From Sphaerodactylus townsendi (taxonomy: Eukaryota), in NCBI RefSeq assembly GCF_021028975.2, contig NC_059436.1, forward strand, positions 11,780,001 to 11,844,000: 64,000 nt of DNA, in the 5' to 3' direction. A program made the translations under genes and the position numbers. The notes below the pieces were generated by a model that was not told the origin of the DNA, made no database searches, and was given only the letters and a program-made list of their open reading frames with translations. Below are positions 11,437 through 24,026 of this stretch, in pieces. Every line of letters starts with the position of its first letter. Within the stretch, counting starts at the first letter, position 1.

Positions 11437-12098
11437 TTACTCTCTATTAGGTGTGACCAGAACTGCAATTTGTGGACATGAATCTAGCAAGCACCCCACT
11501 CTTTATACTCCACATTTCATAGTTATGGCAATGCTAATTCTGACTTCATCCATAATCTGTTATGGAAAGGTCAAAGAAAAAAAATAATTCTATCACTCTT
11601 TAGAAATCATCAAATAGCATCTATAAATGCTTAAGGGAAAAAGAGAGACGTGTATTATACGCCAGGGGAAGTTTGCTTCAAAAATAGAGACGGGCAAACA
11701 TTCTTGCACTCAGCATGGAGCCACTTTTTACGACCATTCTTGTCAAGTGCTTGAAAAATTCAATGGCATTTGTGAGCAGTTTTCAAAAGGATGCTCACAA
11801 AATGCATGTATACCCATGTGTGCCTGTGTCTGATCCCATCTCCACCAATTCCTGCCCTTTCCAAGCCACAAACTTTACCTCCCCAGAGTGTATAGTGACA
11901 GTAACATGCAGAATGGCCTGGTTTTTGTTTTTGTTTTAAAAAGAGAGTAGGCTGGGTCTACTTTTCCTGCACATTTCTCTTCCCAGCCTGTTTCAACATG
12001 ACTTCCAGCTGTGATCCATGGCAATTGTTGTTTCATAGACCCTTGTATGGCATTGGAAGACAATGAAAACTACCATATCTACCATCTTCAGCAATCCA

Positions 12099-12395
12099 GA
12101 GAGCTAGCGTGGTGTGGTGGTTAAGAGTGGTGGACTCTAATCTGGAGAACCGAGTTTGATTCTCCACTCCTCCACATGAGCAGCAGATTCTTATCTGGTA
12201 AAGTGGATTTGTTTCCCCACTACTACACATGAAACCTGCTGGGTAATCACAGTTCGTTCAGAACTCCCAAAGTCCCACCTACCTCACAAGGTGTCTGTTG
12301 TGGGGAGAGGAAGGGAAGGAGTTTGTAAGCTGCTTTAAAGCTCTTTAGGGTTGAGAAAAGGAGGGTATAAATCCAAAATTTTCTTCTACTCTTCT
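12099..12395 (+). mobile_element. Squam3-type SINE
   Basis: Full head, core and tail as at 5425. Confidence 0.9.
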
Positions 12396-12549
12396 CTGCA
12401 TATGGCAACAGCAGTTTAAAGTGACCACCAACTAGTCAGGGAGGTAATGATGAAATGCTGTTGACTGCACTGACAGAAAATCACTCTAGATATGCCTCAT
12501 TTTAAATTAGGAAAAAATTATCTATGCAAGCAGATGGGGTGCACCACTA

Positions 12550-12846
12550 CCAGTGTGGTGTAGTGGTTAAGAGCAGGTGCACTCTAATCTGGGGAACTGG
12601 GTTTGATTCCCTGCTTTGCCACTTGAGCTACAGAGGCTTATCTGGTGAATCAGACTAGCTTGTGCACTCCAACACACATCAGCTGGGTGACCTTGGGCTA
12701 GTCACAGTTCTTCGGAGCTCTCTCAGCCCCATCTACCTCACAGGATGTTTGTTGAGGGAGGTGGGAAGGGAAAGGAGATTATAAGCCCCTTTGAGTCTCC
12801 TACAGGAGAGAAAGGGGAGATATAAATCCAAAATCCTCTTCTTCTT
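12550..12846 (+). mobile_element. Squam3-type SINE (GCACTC/GCCACTTGAGCT variant)
   Basis: CCAGTGTGGTGTAGTGGTTAAGAGCAGG...GCTGGGTGACCTTGGGCTAGTCACAG...ATAAATCCAAA. Confidence 0.9.
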
Positions 12847-13559
12847 AAGAACATACAGGATGGGGTTTGATTTGTGAATGCCTTTATCTGCAAGGACCGC
12901 AGAGTCACGAATCACTTTCAAACTTCACAGCACTGCTGCTCTGCAGCCATCTGAGTGCAAGGCTAACAACATGGTTAAGGAAATTAAGAGGTAAGTGAGC
13001 TGCCCTGAGTGATATTTAGTAGGCACCCTGAGAATGGTTCCCAAGCAGAGCTTTTCCATAATACCCAGTGACTTTAAGTCGCAGTCACCGCTGTTTGGGG
13101 GTTTTGTGTCAAAACTGCTACCTCAGCCAGGTCCCTGCAGAGCAGCTATTTTGATTAAGCACATGCTGTTTAAGTTGAGAGGGCTGCACTTTTTAATTAT
13201 CAAAGCACAATAAAACAATGCCTTGCTATTTACACGACATTCAGTTAGAACAATCTAAGAAATAATAAATATTTTCTGGGGCCAGGCTTCTTTTTGTTTT
13301 TGTTTTCAATTGCTTGATGAAAGTACCAATAACACCCACAAGTACCCTAAATAGATGATTGAGTCATCCAGCAAATTCATTAGCATTTCCTTTCTGGAAA
13401 TGGCTATCAATCGCTATGCAAAGTGCATGTGGAACGGAGCTCTTTGTACTCATAGCAATGATCACAATTGGTAATGCTGTGATTTGTAACACACACCCCT
13501 TTTACCCTTGGGCAAGGACGATAGAATCAATAAGTATTGGGTGGTACTCCTGATACACA

Positions 13560-13705
13560 ACTACCTACTCTTGGTTTTGAAGGCAAGAGATGAGCAAAGG
13601 TGGTTTGCTATTGCCTTCATCTACATAGCAATTCCAGTCTTCCTGGGTTGCCTCCCATCCAAGTGCTAACTGTGGCTGACCTTGCTTGGCTTCCAAGCTC
13701 TGTCA
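13560..13705 (-). mobile_element. 5S-Sauria-type SINE fragment abutting a gap
   Basis: GGTGGTTTGCTATTGCC...CTCCCATCCAAGTGCTAAC...TGCTTGGCTTCC. Confidence 0.7.
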
Positions 13706-13709
13706 TTGT

Positions 13710-13986
13710 NNNNNNNNNNNNNNNNNNNNNNNNNNNNNNNNNNNNNNNNNNNNNNNNNNNNNNNNNNNNNNNNNNNNNNNNNNNNNNNNNNNNNNNNNNN
13801 NNNNNNNNNNNNNNNNNNNNNNNNNNNNNNNNNNNNNNNNNNNNNNNNNNNNNNNNNNNNNNNNNNNNNNNNNNNNNNNNNNNNNNNNNNNNNNNNNNNN
13901 NNNNNNNNNNNNNNNNNNNNNNNNNNNNNNNNNNNNNNNNNNNNNNNNNNNNNNNNNNNNNNNNNNNNNNNNNNNNNNNNNNNNNN
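13710..13986. other. Assembly gap
   Basis: Run of N. Confidence 1.
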
Positions 13987-14490
13987 TAGTGAAAAGAAAG
14001 ACAGGAGAGCAATGGTAGAAAGATGGAGGCAGTATGGGGACAAGCAGATGCTTTCAGTACATGTGCATTGACGTCAGTTGGCTTAAACTGCAGTAACTCA
14101 GCACAGGATAGCACTGTTAGAAAAGCTCAGCTAGCCCCATGTGGCTCATTCACTTACTTTGGAGAAACAAGGCTTGAAAGGTCAACAAATGTACATCTTA
14201 TGCATGTTAGACGCTACACTGAGCATTTTGTACCTGCAAACTCTAAGTATATGTGAAGAATAGGTTCAAGCAATCAGTACTTTTCCCCAAATCCAACAGA
14301 CCCCTCCCCCGAGGTAAGTTGGTGAACGATCACTCCCTTGATATCCATTTTCAGAAGAACACATCAAAAGGGCTTCAGTCAGATAGCAATGCAAGTACCC
14401 CTTCTGGGTGCTTGGAAAATTCTGTGGATTGTTGGAAGCACTGGGTAAACGTTGATGGTTAAGAATTAACGGTCCTTTGGTGGGCTACCA

Positions 14491-14600
14491 GGAGAGCCAG
14501 CATAGTGTAATGGATAAAAGGGTTGGACTCAGATAAGGGAGATCAAGGTCTGAATTTTAAGTCTGCTGTGGAAGCCTGCTGGATGACCTTGAGCAGTCTC
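14491..14600 (+). mobile_element. Old CORE SINE 5' fragment
   Basis: GGAGAGCCAGCATAGTGTAATGG...GCCTGCTGGATGACCTTG. Confidence 0.65.
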
Positions 14601-14726
14601 ATACCCAGGAACCCCGTCTGAAGCTCAAGGTGGTTTGAGTTGAGCTGCTGCCACACTGCCCTGCAGCTTCCAAAGCCTTTCTGACAGCATGAGGAGACAG
14701 GGAATTTTTTAAAAAAACCTGCTGCT

Positions 14727-14810
14727 GAAGAAGCAGAAGAGTTTGGATTTATACCCCACTTTTCTCTCCTGTAAGGAGGCTCAAGGTGGCTTACAAGCTC
14801 CTTTCCCTTC
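14727..14810 (-). mobile_element. Squam3-type SINE 3' fragment
   Basis: GAAGAGTTTGGATTTATACCCCACTTTTCTCTCCTG. Confidence 0.85.
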
Positions 14811-17006
14811 TGATCCTGAAAGAAGAAGAAATGGAATGAAAGGGAGTAAGAGATTCCCTCACTGGCCTGCTCGCTTGCTGGCCGAAACTTTGCTGTGCTC
14901 TGACTTAGAAGGAATTGGCTGTGTGTGAGGACAGGAGGGAGGCTGGCATGTTTGATAAGCAGCCATTGGGATGCTTGTAATGTTTATTGGCTACCTAACA
15001 CTGACTAAGGCAGTCAACTGTGCCCTTGATGAAGGCCCGCTTGTGAGTGGCACACTAACAGGTCTGGGCATCTGGGATTGAGTAGGCACTGGGCTTCTTC
15101 TTGCATGAACCCAACATGATATATCGAGCAAATTATTTCTTTATTAAGAGTAAATTTCCATAATGGTGATGTATTGTGTTATTTTCCCCCACCCAGCACC
15201 CCCTGCCTGCCTGCCTCCTTCTCTAATGAAGACATGTGGCCTGCAGGAAAGCCCAGTGCTGCTCCTGAGCCACACGCTCTACGCTTTGGCTCTGCAGAAG
15301 CACAGGCGAGTTCATTTATCAGCCCGCATAGGCCTTAAGTAATCTCTCTGCCATCTAAATTGCACAACCGGGCCTTGAAGATTGGATCATCAGAGCTCTA
15401 ATCACGTTTGGAAGGGCAAAGACCGAAACTGAGTTCGTAGGTTGCAGACATTTGGCACGATCGTGCCCTGAGCGTGAGACTCAAGAGTTCTGAAGGTGGA
15501 AACTAGTTGGCACAGGACTGTGTAGATGTATGTTGCAGGTGACTTTGGGCTGAGTTCTGATAATAAGCTTTTAACGCATGTAAGTGCCCCAGGGAAATTA
15601 GGGGCTCCCATTACATAATGGGAAGCTTGTAATGCAGAACTAAAAACCTGCTGTGGTCACTGCTTTAGTTGTGTAAGTAGAAGGTTCTGCACACAAATCC
15701 TGCCAAGATAAGATACGCTGCACAAACACACGCGATCGCTGAACTAAACATCAGACTCTTATGTAGAGGAGACGGAACTGAGGTGCTGCCAACAAAGATC
15801 TCAAGCTTATGCCGGGTCTGCCCTTGCTAATTCCCCCACTCTTAAAGGGACAGACCCCACTATTTCAGGTGACACACATATTCCGTAACGTTGGCTTGAT
15901 GTGGTATCTGAAACAGGCACAAATCCTTTTCCTTAAACTGATATTTGTGTGTGTGTGATTGAATGAGTGAAAAGATTATTGACTTGTTCCTTAATGTAGA
16001 AAACCAGACTTCTGCCTCTCCAGAGACCAGTTCAAGGCATCTCAAAAAGTAGAAACTTCCTCTAAAGGGCCCACAGGCCTTCAGATTTCTGGTAGTAACG
16101 CATTCATGTTGTTCGCTCTTCCCACAAGGTTGGAGGGGTGTTTATATTTTTCTCTTGCCTGACTGGCTGGCAGTATTTTCCCCCCTCCTCTGTGCTTAAA
16201 GGCCTGTGACAAGAGTTTAGCAGTGCTCTGAGCCTCCGCAATGAGCACTGGCTCCAGAAAACATAATGGTTGCAGCCCTGTTTCCAAGCGGCATTCCAGT
16301 CAGAGCTGCCAACTCCCAGCGCGGCCTCTGCACACACTGGTGTGCCAAAGGAGCTCCCATGGCTTTGCAGGCCAACTCCATTTCTTATGCCTTCTCTCCT
16401 CCATTGCATGTGGAGCCAGCGGCATCCCAGCCCTGATTACCAATTAGCACCTCTGATTCACAGCTTCGCAGATCTGCTTCTGAGGTTTAATTAAGAAGCA
16501 GTAGCTGAGCAGCTTCCCCCCTCTTTTTTGCAGCGTTTCGCAAGAGGAAAAAGCCCGGTCCCTTTGTTAGCAGCGGCAACGGTGGGGATTTATTGTATAC
16601 ATTTTCTTTGGCTTCAAACACCACAGCTCAACTTCCAAAGTAATTGGATTATTAGTGTCATTGACTGGAGCCCAAGTTCTGGGCCTCAGCTGGATGGTTC
16701 GGGAAAAAAAACCCTCCAAGGGGAATGGATGGAAGCAGCGGGTGAAACCCTCAGGCTGCTGCTGACGGGGAGAAGAGATTCAAATGTGGTTAGGTTGGAC
16801 AGCTAAAGGGAAACTGGGAAGCACATACTGTAATACTTGTTTCAGGTCTCCCGGTTGCCTGGAGACATCCAATAGAAGCACTGGTTTGACAGCAGCATTT
16901 GTAAACTACCTTTTTGCCATGTATCTCAGGAAAGGTCCTCATCAAATCTTCACAGGATCCAGTGGATCAGCAGGTGTGGAAGACACTCTCCAGCTTCCCA
17001 AGTTCT

Positions 17007-17426
17007 TGTCAGAGTATCAAAGTGCCTCTGTAGGCATATTGTGTGTCTTGCTAGATCAGTCTAATCTAACTGACAGTTCACTGACAGCTACTTGATGCAG
17101 TGAGCTGGATCAAACTGGTTCCGGCCAGCTGCTACTAATTTGTGTGTGACTTTTAAGCTGATTGGTCAGCTTCTGTATATATGTGTGAACAGCTGCAACT
17201 GTTCTCTTTCTTCTGAGCATGTTGTGTTGGCGAAGCACGCTGCCAGTCTGTTCCATGACCTTGTATATATCTTCTTGTGATTAGCTGTACTGTATATAAG
17301 CTACACTTCACTGAAGAGTAACTGCTTCTTGTGGTGTTTCTCCTGGTGTTGCAGCTAAGTCCTAAGGCTGCTTCTCCTACTCTCGGTAACCAGCACTCCA
17401 CTGTGCAATTGGTCTACTCGCTAACA
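17007..17426 (+). mobile_element. Probable solo LTR (Gypsy-like)
   Basis: TG...CA ends with imperfect terminal inverted repeat TGTCAGAGTA / TACTCGCTAACA; internal GATTGG followed by TATATAT; degenerate 5-bp flanks GTTCT/GCTTT. Confidence 0.55.
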
Positions 17427-18459
17427 GCTTTCTCTTAGTCAATTAAGGGCCAGGTTTACAGTCCGTCCGGGGGGGGGGGGGGCTGGCAGGCAGGGACGCT
17501 GCCGCTCCTGTGCCACCCTGCCCCCTCCAAAGTAAAAAAATGAAAAAATGAGAAAAAGATTCAAGAATCACTCATAGGAGAAAGCAGAGATAGGTCACAA
17601 AAAACGTGCAGGTAGCGAAGCTGACTAAGGTCGGCTCCACCCCCTGATTTTCCCCGGAACACCCCTGACCACACCGGTGCACCTTTTTTGCACTGGTGGG
17701 CCTGGGAATGACTGGCAGCTTCTAGGTCAGGTGCTGCAGAGTCATGTGGAGCCCGCCTGCCAGGCAAGACATCCCCCCCACCGGCACCAGCTCCAGAAAG
17801 AGGCGCACCCCCCTGCCTCTGGATTAGGCTGCTCAGTATAATGTACTGCAATAAACTAAGATATAAACTTACCTTTCTCAAACTGCAGACTAAGGATCTG
17901 TTGAGTGCCCAAGTCTTGGCATCCTTTAATTTAATGAATAACTCTTTCTCATATTTTAGCAGTGTATATTCTGAGCTCCAAACATCAACTTGTTGAGCAA
18001 AGAAAAGCTAAATTTTGCACTATGATAAATTATGCAAATGGAAAAGAATATGCAACATATCTTTCCATAATATACTGAGCTTCAGGCACCAGATGAATTT
18101 TTTTTAGTGGCACTTAAAAGTATTTTTGCTGCCTTCTGCTGCTTTTAGTTAAACTCTGTCTTGAAGACTTGGTAGTTTTGGCTGGTTTAAATTGCGCATA
18201 CATCTCTTTTGCATTTGGAAAGTATAATTGGTTTATAATGTGTATTATTTATGTCACATTACACCAAATTTCTTGATTAGTGGTAGAGCACATGCATCAG
18301 GATGCATGGATTTCTCTTCATATTTTTAAACTCTTTTTGTACTCTGCATGCAGGCAGTTGTGGACTCAATCGCTGGAAATTAGATGTCTAGAAACCCTTT
18401 TCTCAGCCAGACAGCCACTGGTAGTAAGAGTATGCAACAGTGAGCCACCAATGAATGAA

Positions 18460-19593
18460 GCCAAGAAAGCCAATGCGATTTTGGGATATATCAATAGGAG
18501 TATAGTGTCAAGATCGAGGGTTGCAATTGTACCTCTCTATTCTGAATTGGTTAGACCTCACCTGGAATATTGTGTACAGTTCTGGGCACTGCAATTCAAG
18601 AAGGATATTGACAAGCTGTAACGAGTCCAGAGGAGGACAACCAAAATGGTAAAAGGTCTGGAATCCATACCCTTCAAGGAGAGACTTAGGGAACTGGGGA
18701 TGTTTAGTTTGATGAAGAGAAGGTTAAGAGTTGACATGATAGCCATGTTTAGATATTTGAAGGGATCTCATGTTGGTGAGGGAGCAAACTTGTTTTCTGC
18801 TGCTCTAGAGACTAGGACCAGGAGTATTGGGTTCAGGGTGAAGAAGAGATTCCACCTAAACATTAGGAAAAACTTCCTGACAGTAAGGGCTGTTTGACAG
18901 TGGAATGCTCTACCCTGGAGCTTGGTGAAGTCTCCTTCTTTGGAGGTTTTTAAACAGAGGTTGGATGAACATATGTCAGGAGTACTTTGATTGTATTTTC
19001 CTGCATTGCAGGGGGTTGGACTTGATGGCCCTTGTGGTCTCCTCCAACTCTATGGCTGTTTCCGCACAGCCAAGGGAGAGAGCCTGCATCAGCATTAATC
19101 ATGCTGATGCAGGCTTTGGGGCCATTCGCAAAACCACCCCATGGGATGCGCAGCTGTTGGAGCAGGCTCCGCACAGCTGCGTATTCCCCTCCCCGGCCCC
19201 AAATGTCTCCTTACCTCCTGCTGGCAGCCGTTGCTCTGCTGTCGCTCTGAGGAGGCCAGGGGACACGCCCACATGGCCAGAGCGATGGCAGCAGCTATGG
19301 AGGCCAGGGAGCATGTTTCCTGGCCTCCTCAGAGCGACAGCAGAGCAATGGCTGCCAGAAGGAGGTAAGGAGGCGTTTGGGGCCAGGGAGGGGAATACGC
19401 CGGCTTCCACCCGCTGCCGTTCGCATGGCAGCGAATGGAAGCCGGCGTTTGCAGGAAAACACTGTTTTGGCAGGCACAGAGCGCTGCTGCATTGATTTGG
19501 CAGTGGCGCCTGTATGAAGGGTCCCTGTCAAAATGGTGTTTTACCGGGCTGAAGCCGTTGCTTTCAGCTCGTGCGGAAACCGCCTATGATTCT
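18460..19593 (+). mobile_element. CR1 LINE 3' fragment (ORF2 C-terminus + 3'UTR), tail interrupted by a MITE
   Basis: AKKANAILGYINRSIVSRSR...RPHLEYCVQFW...ERLRELGMFSL; (TATGATTC)n tail split at 19053/19585. Confidence 0.95.
19054..19584. mobile_element. PIF/Harbinger non-autonomous element
   Basis: TIRs GGCTGTTTCCGCAC / GTGCGGAAACCGCC, 3-bp TSD TAT, long internal inverted repeat. Confidence 0.88.
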
Positions 19594-19714
19594 AATGCTC
19601 TCACTTGGTACAAAGCAGTCCATAGCTCCAAAGTATTTGTTTTTGCTTCAGTAAAGCATTAAGATATGTTTTCTTGATTATTTACTGACTGGCCACTGGC
19701 AGATTGTGGGGCGA

Positions 19715-19907
19715 TAGGGTTCCCAGCACCAGGTTGGGAAACTCCTAGAGAGTTGAGAGTGGACTATGGGGAGAGCAAGAACCTCAGTGGGTTACAATAC
19801 TATAGAGGCCACCCTCCAAAACATCCAGGAGAACTGATCTGTGTACCCTGGAGATGACCTATAATTCTGGGCAATCCCTAGGTCCCACCTGGAGGCTGGC
19901 AACCCTA
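19715..19907. mobile_element. TAGGGTTGCCA-type hAT MITE
   Basis: TAGGGTTCCCA...TGGCAACCCTA ends. Confidence 0.8.
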
Positions 19908-20111
19908 CCCCCTGATGGGTTGACTCTGGAGGGAAAAGTCAGTGATGATGAACAAGTACAGTTACTCTAGTGGAGCAATTCTGTGATCACTAACAGCATC
20001 ACAATCTAGTCCTCTTTGTTACACAAAGTTTAGCAAAATGAAAACAATTGTGTAGTCTAGTTAATTGTGATTTTGTTAAGTGTATCAGAATTATATGGTT
20101 TAATACACACA

Positions 20112-20290
20112 TATGTATGTTCCGTCAAGTCACTATTGTCTTATGGTGATCTCAGAAAGGGGTTTTCAGGGTGAGAACCTGAGGTGGTTTGCCACTGCCT
20201 TCCTGTGCAGAGTCCTTGCTGGTGATTCCCCATTTATGAACCAAGCCCACTTAGCTTCTGAGATCAGACAAGATTGGGCTACACCACACC
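20112..20290 (-). mobile_element. 5S-Sauria-type SINE
   Basis: GAGGTGGTTTGCCACTGCC...CTTAGCTTCTGAGATCAGAC. Confidence 0.75.
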
Positions 20291-21029
20291 ATTCCACAAT
20301 CCTGTGAGCTAATAGGTGGCATAGTTAATAAATATCCATAGGAAAAGGCAGAAGGAAATACCTAGGATACTGGCACTCACCCCACCAGAAATCCTGTTCA
20401 AGTGTGTTCTACTGACATTCCTCACATCCAGATATTGTAAGCAGGTGAACCCTTCCACCTGCTAAGAAGTGCCATAAAGGCAGTCCATGGTTCCCCCTGC
20501 CCCCTTTCAGTCATGATAGGATGTAAAATACTTCTTCCTGAAACACTCTGGCTGTATACCAGCCTCCCTTTAGAACTTGAAGCTGTGGTTGGTAATGATG
20601 GGGGGCCTGCTTCCCCACTGCTGATGTTTCTTCTACTCATAAAAGAGTTGCCCTCCAGCTAGGTGATGCCCAGCAAGCTGGTGAAAAAAGACTAGGTTGG
20701 GTCAGGAACCCCAGACAATGGGAAATAGATCAATTAGTTATGAAGAGAAAGTTCTCGAACAAAGGAACATGCACTCACAGCCAAATGTCAAGGGCCAGTC
20801 TGCATCATTAATCGAGTTAGTTCAGCAGTCTACCAGGTACAGCTCCCAAGACAAAGAGATGTTTGGCATAAATCCTTCCACAGTTCTCAGCTTAAAGAGT
20901 GGACGGGCTGACCTCTTGCCCAGTCTAACCCTGGTCACTTGGATGAAAACACACCTAGGTTGCCATCCCAGGTGCCTGCAGCCTCCATCTGGTGAATTAC
21001 TCCTCTGGTATTCAAGAGAATGCCTAGAC

Positions 21030-21173
21030 CCGTGGTGGCAAACCTTTGGCACTCCAGGATACAGTTATGGGACAACAATTCTTTATTTCTGCCATCATGG
21101 CCACTGGCTATGCCAGGCTGATGGCCAATTGTCAGTCCATAACATCTGGAGTGCCAAAGGTTCGCCACCACGA
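21030..21173. mobile_element. Hairpin hAT MITE
   Basis: GTGGTGGCAAACCTTTGGCACTCCAG / CTGGAGTGCCAAAGGTTCGCCACCAC; related to 24774-24917. Confidence 0.8.
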
Positions 21174-22940
21174 GTCTAGGCATTCTCTTGGGTCTTGATA
21201 ACTTATCAAGTCTTTCTCATCTTATTGCTGGAACCTGAGAAAAGCAATCAATTCTTTGTCTCTGGTTTTCTGGTCAATTTGATTCATACTGTCTCAGGAC
21301 CCATTTGGGGGTATAAATATTGGTCCTTTGGCCATTCATCATGCATGCTCTGGATCCTTGCACGCAGTCCACTCACATGCGGGCTCTTTCCTTAGCTCCT
21401 AGAAATGCAGGTCATTTTCGTCTTCAGCACTGCTTTCACTGGACATCCCTTCAAGACTGGTAACTATCACCCATCCCTGAAACTCTATCCAACTTCTACC
21501 TTTTAGCCAGTCCTTGTATACTTTTTGTGTGTGTGTGCGCTCACTGCCTAAAATACATTCTTTGTTTTCAATAATAATTATTAATAAAATACAACTTGAT
21601 AATTGTAGATTGGCCTGTTCATTTGAGAGTTTTCACCCAGGGTTATCCTGGTATACACAGATTATCAATCCCAGTTGCCCCCTCTCATGCTGTCTCTGCA
21701 GCCAGTTTGCCCAGTCATACTGGAGACTGCCTACCCAGGGTAACAGTATGAGTTTGCATATCCATCCTTGCTGGTTGGACTTGGAAACCCCTATGTCAAC
21801 TTTGTGTATTGCTTCTGCAAACTCAACCTTGATCATTTATTTTTGCACCATTTCCTCACATTACATTTTCCCAGAAAACTGTACCCATTTGACAGATTGT
21901 TGGTGCACCAATAAATTCACACCATACATTATACACATGTTATGAATATAAATGACACACACCATATACAAAAAGCCTGCATAAATTGAACATAAAACAA
22001 ATCTACATACAAACAATGAAAAGCATAGAATCAAAATCAAAAGAATTATAAAAAAGAGGCAAAATAACAAGAGACAGCTCATTCCTACGTTCAAGCCAGC
22101 CATCTCAACTGCCTCTCGCTGGGCCTAGCTGTTTTTCTCCTATCCTTTTCCTCATTTGCAATTCTGAGGAAGTCCATGCACTGGACTCAGAACAAAGCAC
22201 ACCAATCAAAGATGTTCATGCAGAATAAACAAATTTGCATACATTATTTCAGAATTGAAATTGGATTATTGTTTTTGGCTTGGAATACGAATGGCCTGGA
22301 ACTCCAGTTGCTAATTTTGTTCAAGGAAGGAGAAATATATTCAAGGCATTAGTGAACCTCATTGGAGAGGATGGCAAGCAACACCGAGAATCCTAACTCC
22401 GAACCACTCCTGAATTTCCAAAGTTCCGAGCACGCTGCTAAAATTATAGCTATATTTGACATAAAAGGGCAAGCCAGACCCATCCAGAGTCTGATTGTTT
22501 TAAAACATGCTCCGGCTTGATGATAATAACTGCTCCTTACAGTACGGCAGAGACCGGCATCCTGATTTCTGTTCTAATTTGAACTTGATCGTTCCCATAT
22601 TCCTCATGAGCAGACAAAAGCTTGTGTGTGTCTGATTGCTCATCAGCGTGAAGGTCTTAAGGGACAAATGTTTTAATAAACAGCCTCAGAGTCTTTGCTG
22701 CTTGATAGCGAAAGGTATGTGCTCGGGAAGTTGTTCTCGGTGTGACCTTGAGATTGAAGTCTATCAAGGGACTTTTACCTTGTGAGGCTGCAAATGCCTT
22801 CTCCTCCTCTCTGAAGCAGATGTCTCACTTTTCAGTGTCTGTTCCTTTGCCCTGAACTTTAAGAGAACTAAAAGAGATCTGGTACACTGAACTATCACCC
22901 TGTGGACCACAGTCACTATCTATTGATCTACAACCAAACA

Positions 22941-23140
22941 ATTTATTTATACATTTATACCCTATTTTTCTCCCCAAGTGACCCAAAGAGATTTACTACC
23001 ATATTCCCTCCACCTCCGTTTTATCAGTGGAACAACCACCACCACACTATCAGGCAGATTAGGGTGAGAAAGAGAGTGAATAGCCCAAGGTCACCCAGTA
23101 AGTATGCATAGAAGAGTGGCCTCCCAGATCCTAGTCTAGC
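22941..23140 (-). mobile_element. Old CORE SINE
   Basis: ATTTATACCCTATTTTTCTCCCC...GCCCAAGGTCACCCAG...CCAGATCCTAGTC. Confidence 0.7.
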
Positions 23141-23786
23141 TAATATACAACCCCATGTGTAACCCTTCAGTGGGCGATTGCTTGCAAAATGTTATTGCAA
23201 GAATCCTACAAACTCAGGGTTCGGGGGGGGGGACAACTTAGAAAAGAAGAGAAATCTTGTCAAGAGTTACTACTTGAAATATTGACTCAAGTTTTGCAAA
23301 ATGCCCTCTTAGTCAGAGGTCCTTAAGATGTTTAGGATAGCAATTTAGATGTTTTGAATCTTAACAGAAAGTAAAACAACTTTGTCTGAAATGTCCTGGA
23401 TTCCTATTTAGGAAGAAATGGTAGAATTGGCAAGAGTGCCCACTCCTTGGTCATATGTGACAGGGCACAGTAGCTGAGAAAGAGAGCAAGATACCTGGTG
23501 CCTACAGGTTGTTGACGTATTGAACAACAAAGTTTGAACTCTCAGCAGCCTGCAGTGGCACAGACAAATGGTTGTCACTCTCTTTTCCTCTCCTAGGATC
23601 CTTGAAAGAATTATCCTCTCCAACTAAAGATTACTATGCCTCTTCAAAGTTTTTGATCGCACTTATTGGGAAGATCCCAGGTAGTGCATGCTCCCATTCC
23701 ATACCAGTTGCCCAAAAATGAATATCTGAAAAAATCTGATGTTTGTATCTGAAACTGAGGTAAGGGATTCAATATTACAACTACAT

Positions 23787-24026
23787 GAGAGCCTTATGTA
23801 AAGATTAGAGTGCTGGACTAAGATATGGGAGACCCAGGTTTGAACCCCTACTCTGCCATAGAAACAAGCTAGGTGACCTTGGTCCAATCACACATTCCAA
23901 GCCAAAAGTCCCTTACTGGGTCATTGTGAAGATAAAATGAACAGGGAGAATGCTATAAGCTACTGTGGGTTTCACCTGGGGAGATAAGTAGGGTATACAT
24001 TCAGCAAACAGAAGAAAAATAAATAA
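23787..24026 (+). mobile_element. Old CORE SINE
   Basis: TTAGAGTGCTGGACTAAGATATGGGAGACCCAGGTTTGAACCC...GGTGACCTTGG...GATAAAATG. Confidence 0.75.

Noticed and set aside
13600-14114. ORFs spanning N runs (also near 28.2 kb and 36.6 kb)
   Set aside because: Artefacts of assembly gaps.
15021-15070. TGCCC-TTGATGA...GTC-TGGGCA hammerhead-like arrangement
   Set aside because: The essential GAAA box is missing.
18965-19531. Overlapping long ORFs on both strands with similar peptides
   Set aside because: Artefact of the GC-rich inverted repeat in the Harbinger MITE.
20697-21179. 160-aa ORF
   Set aside because: No recognisable homology; it starts at a non-ATG codon and runs through a MITE.
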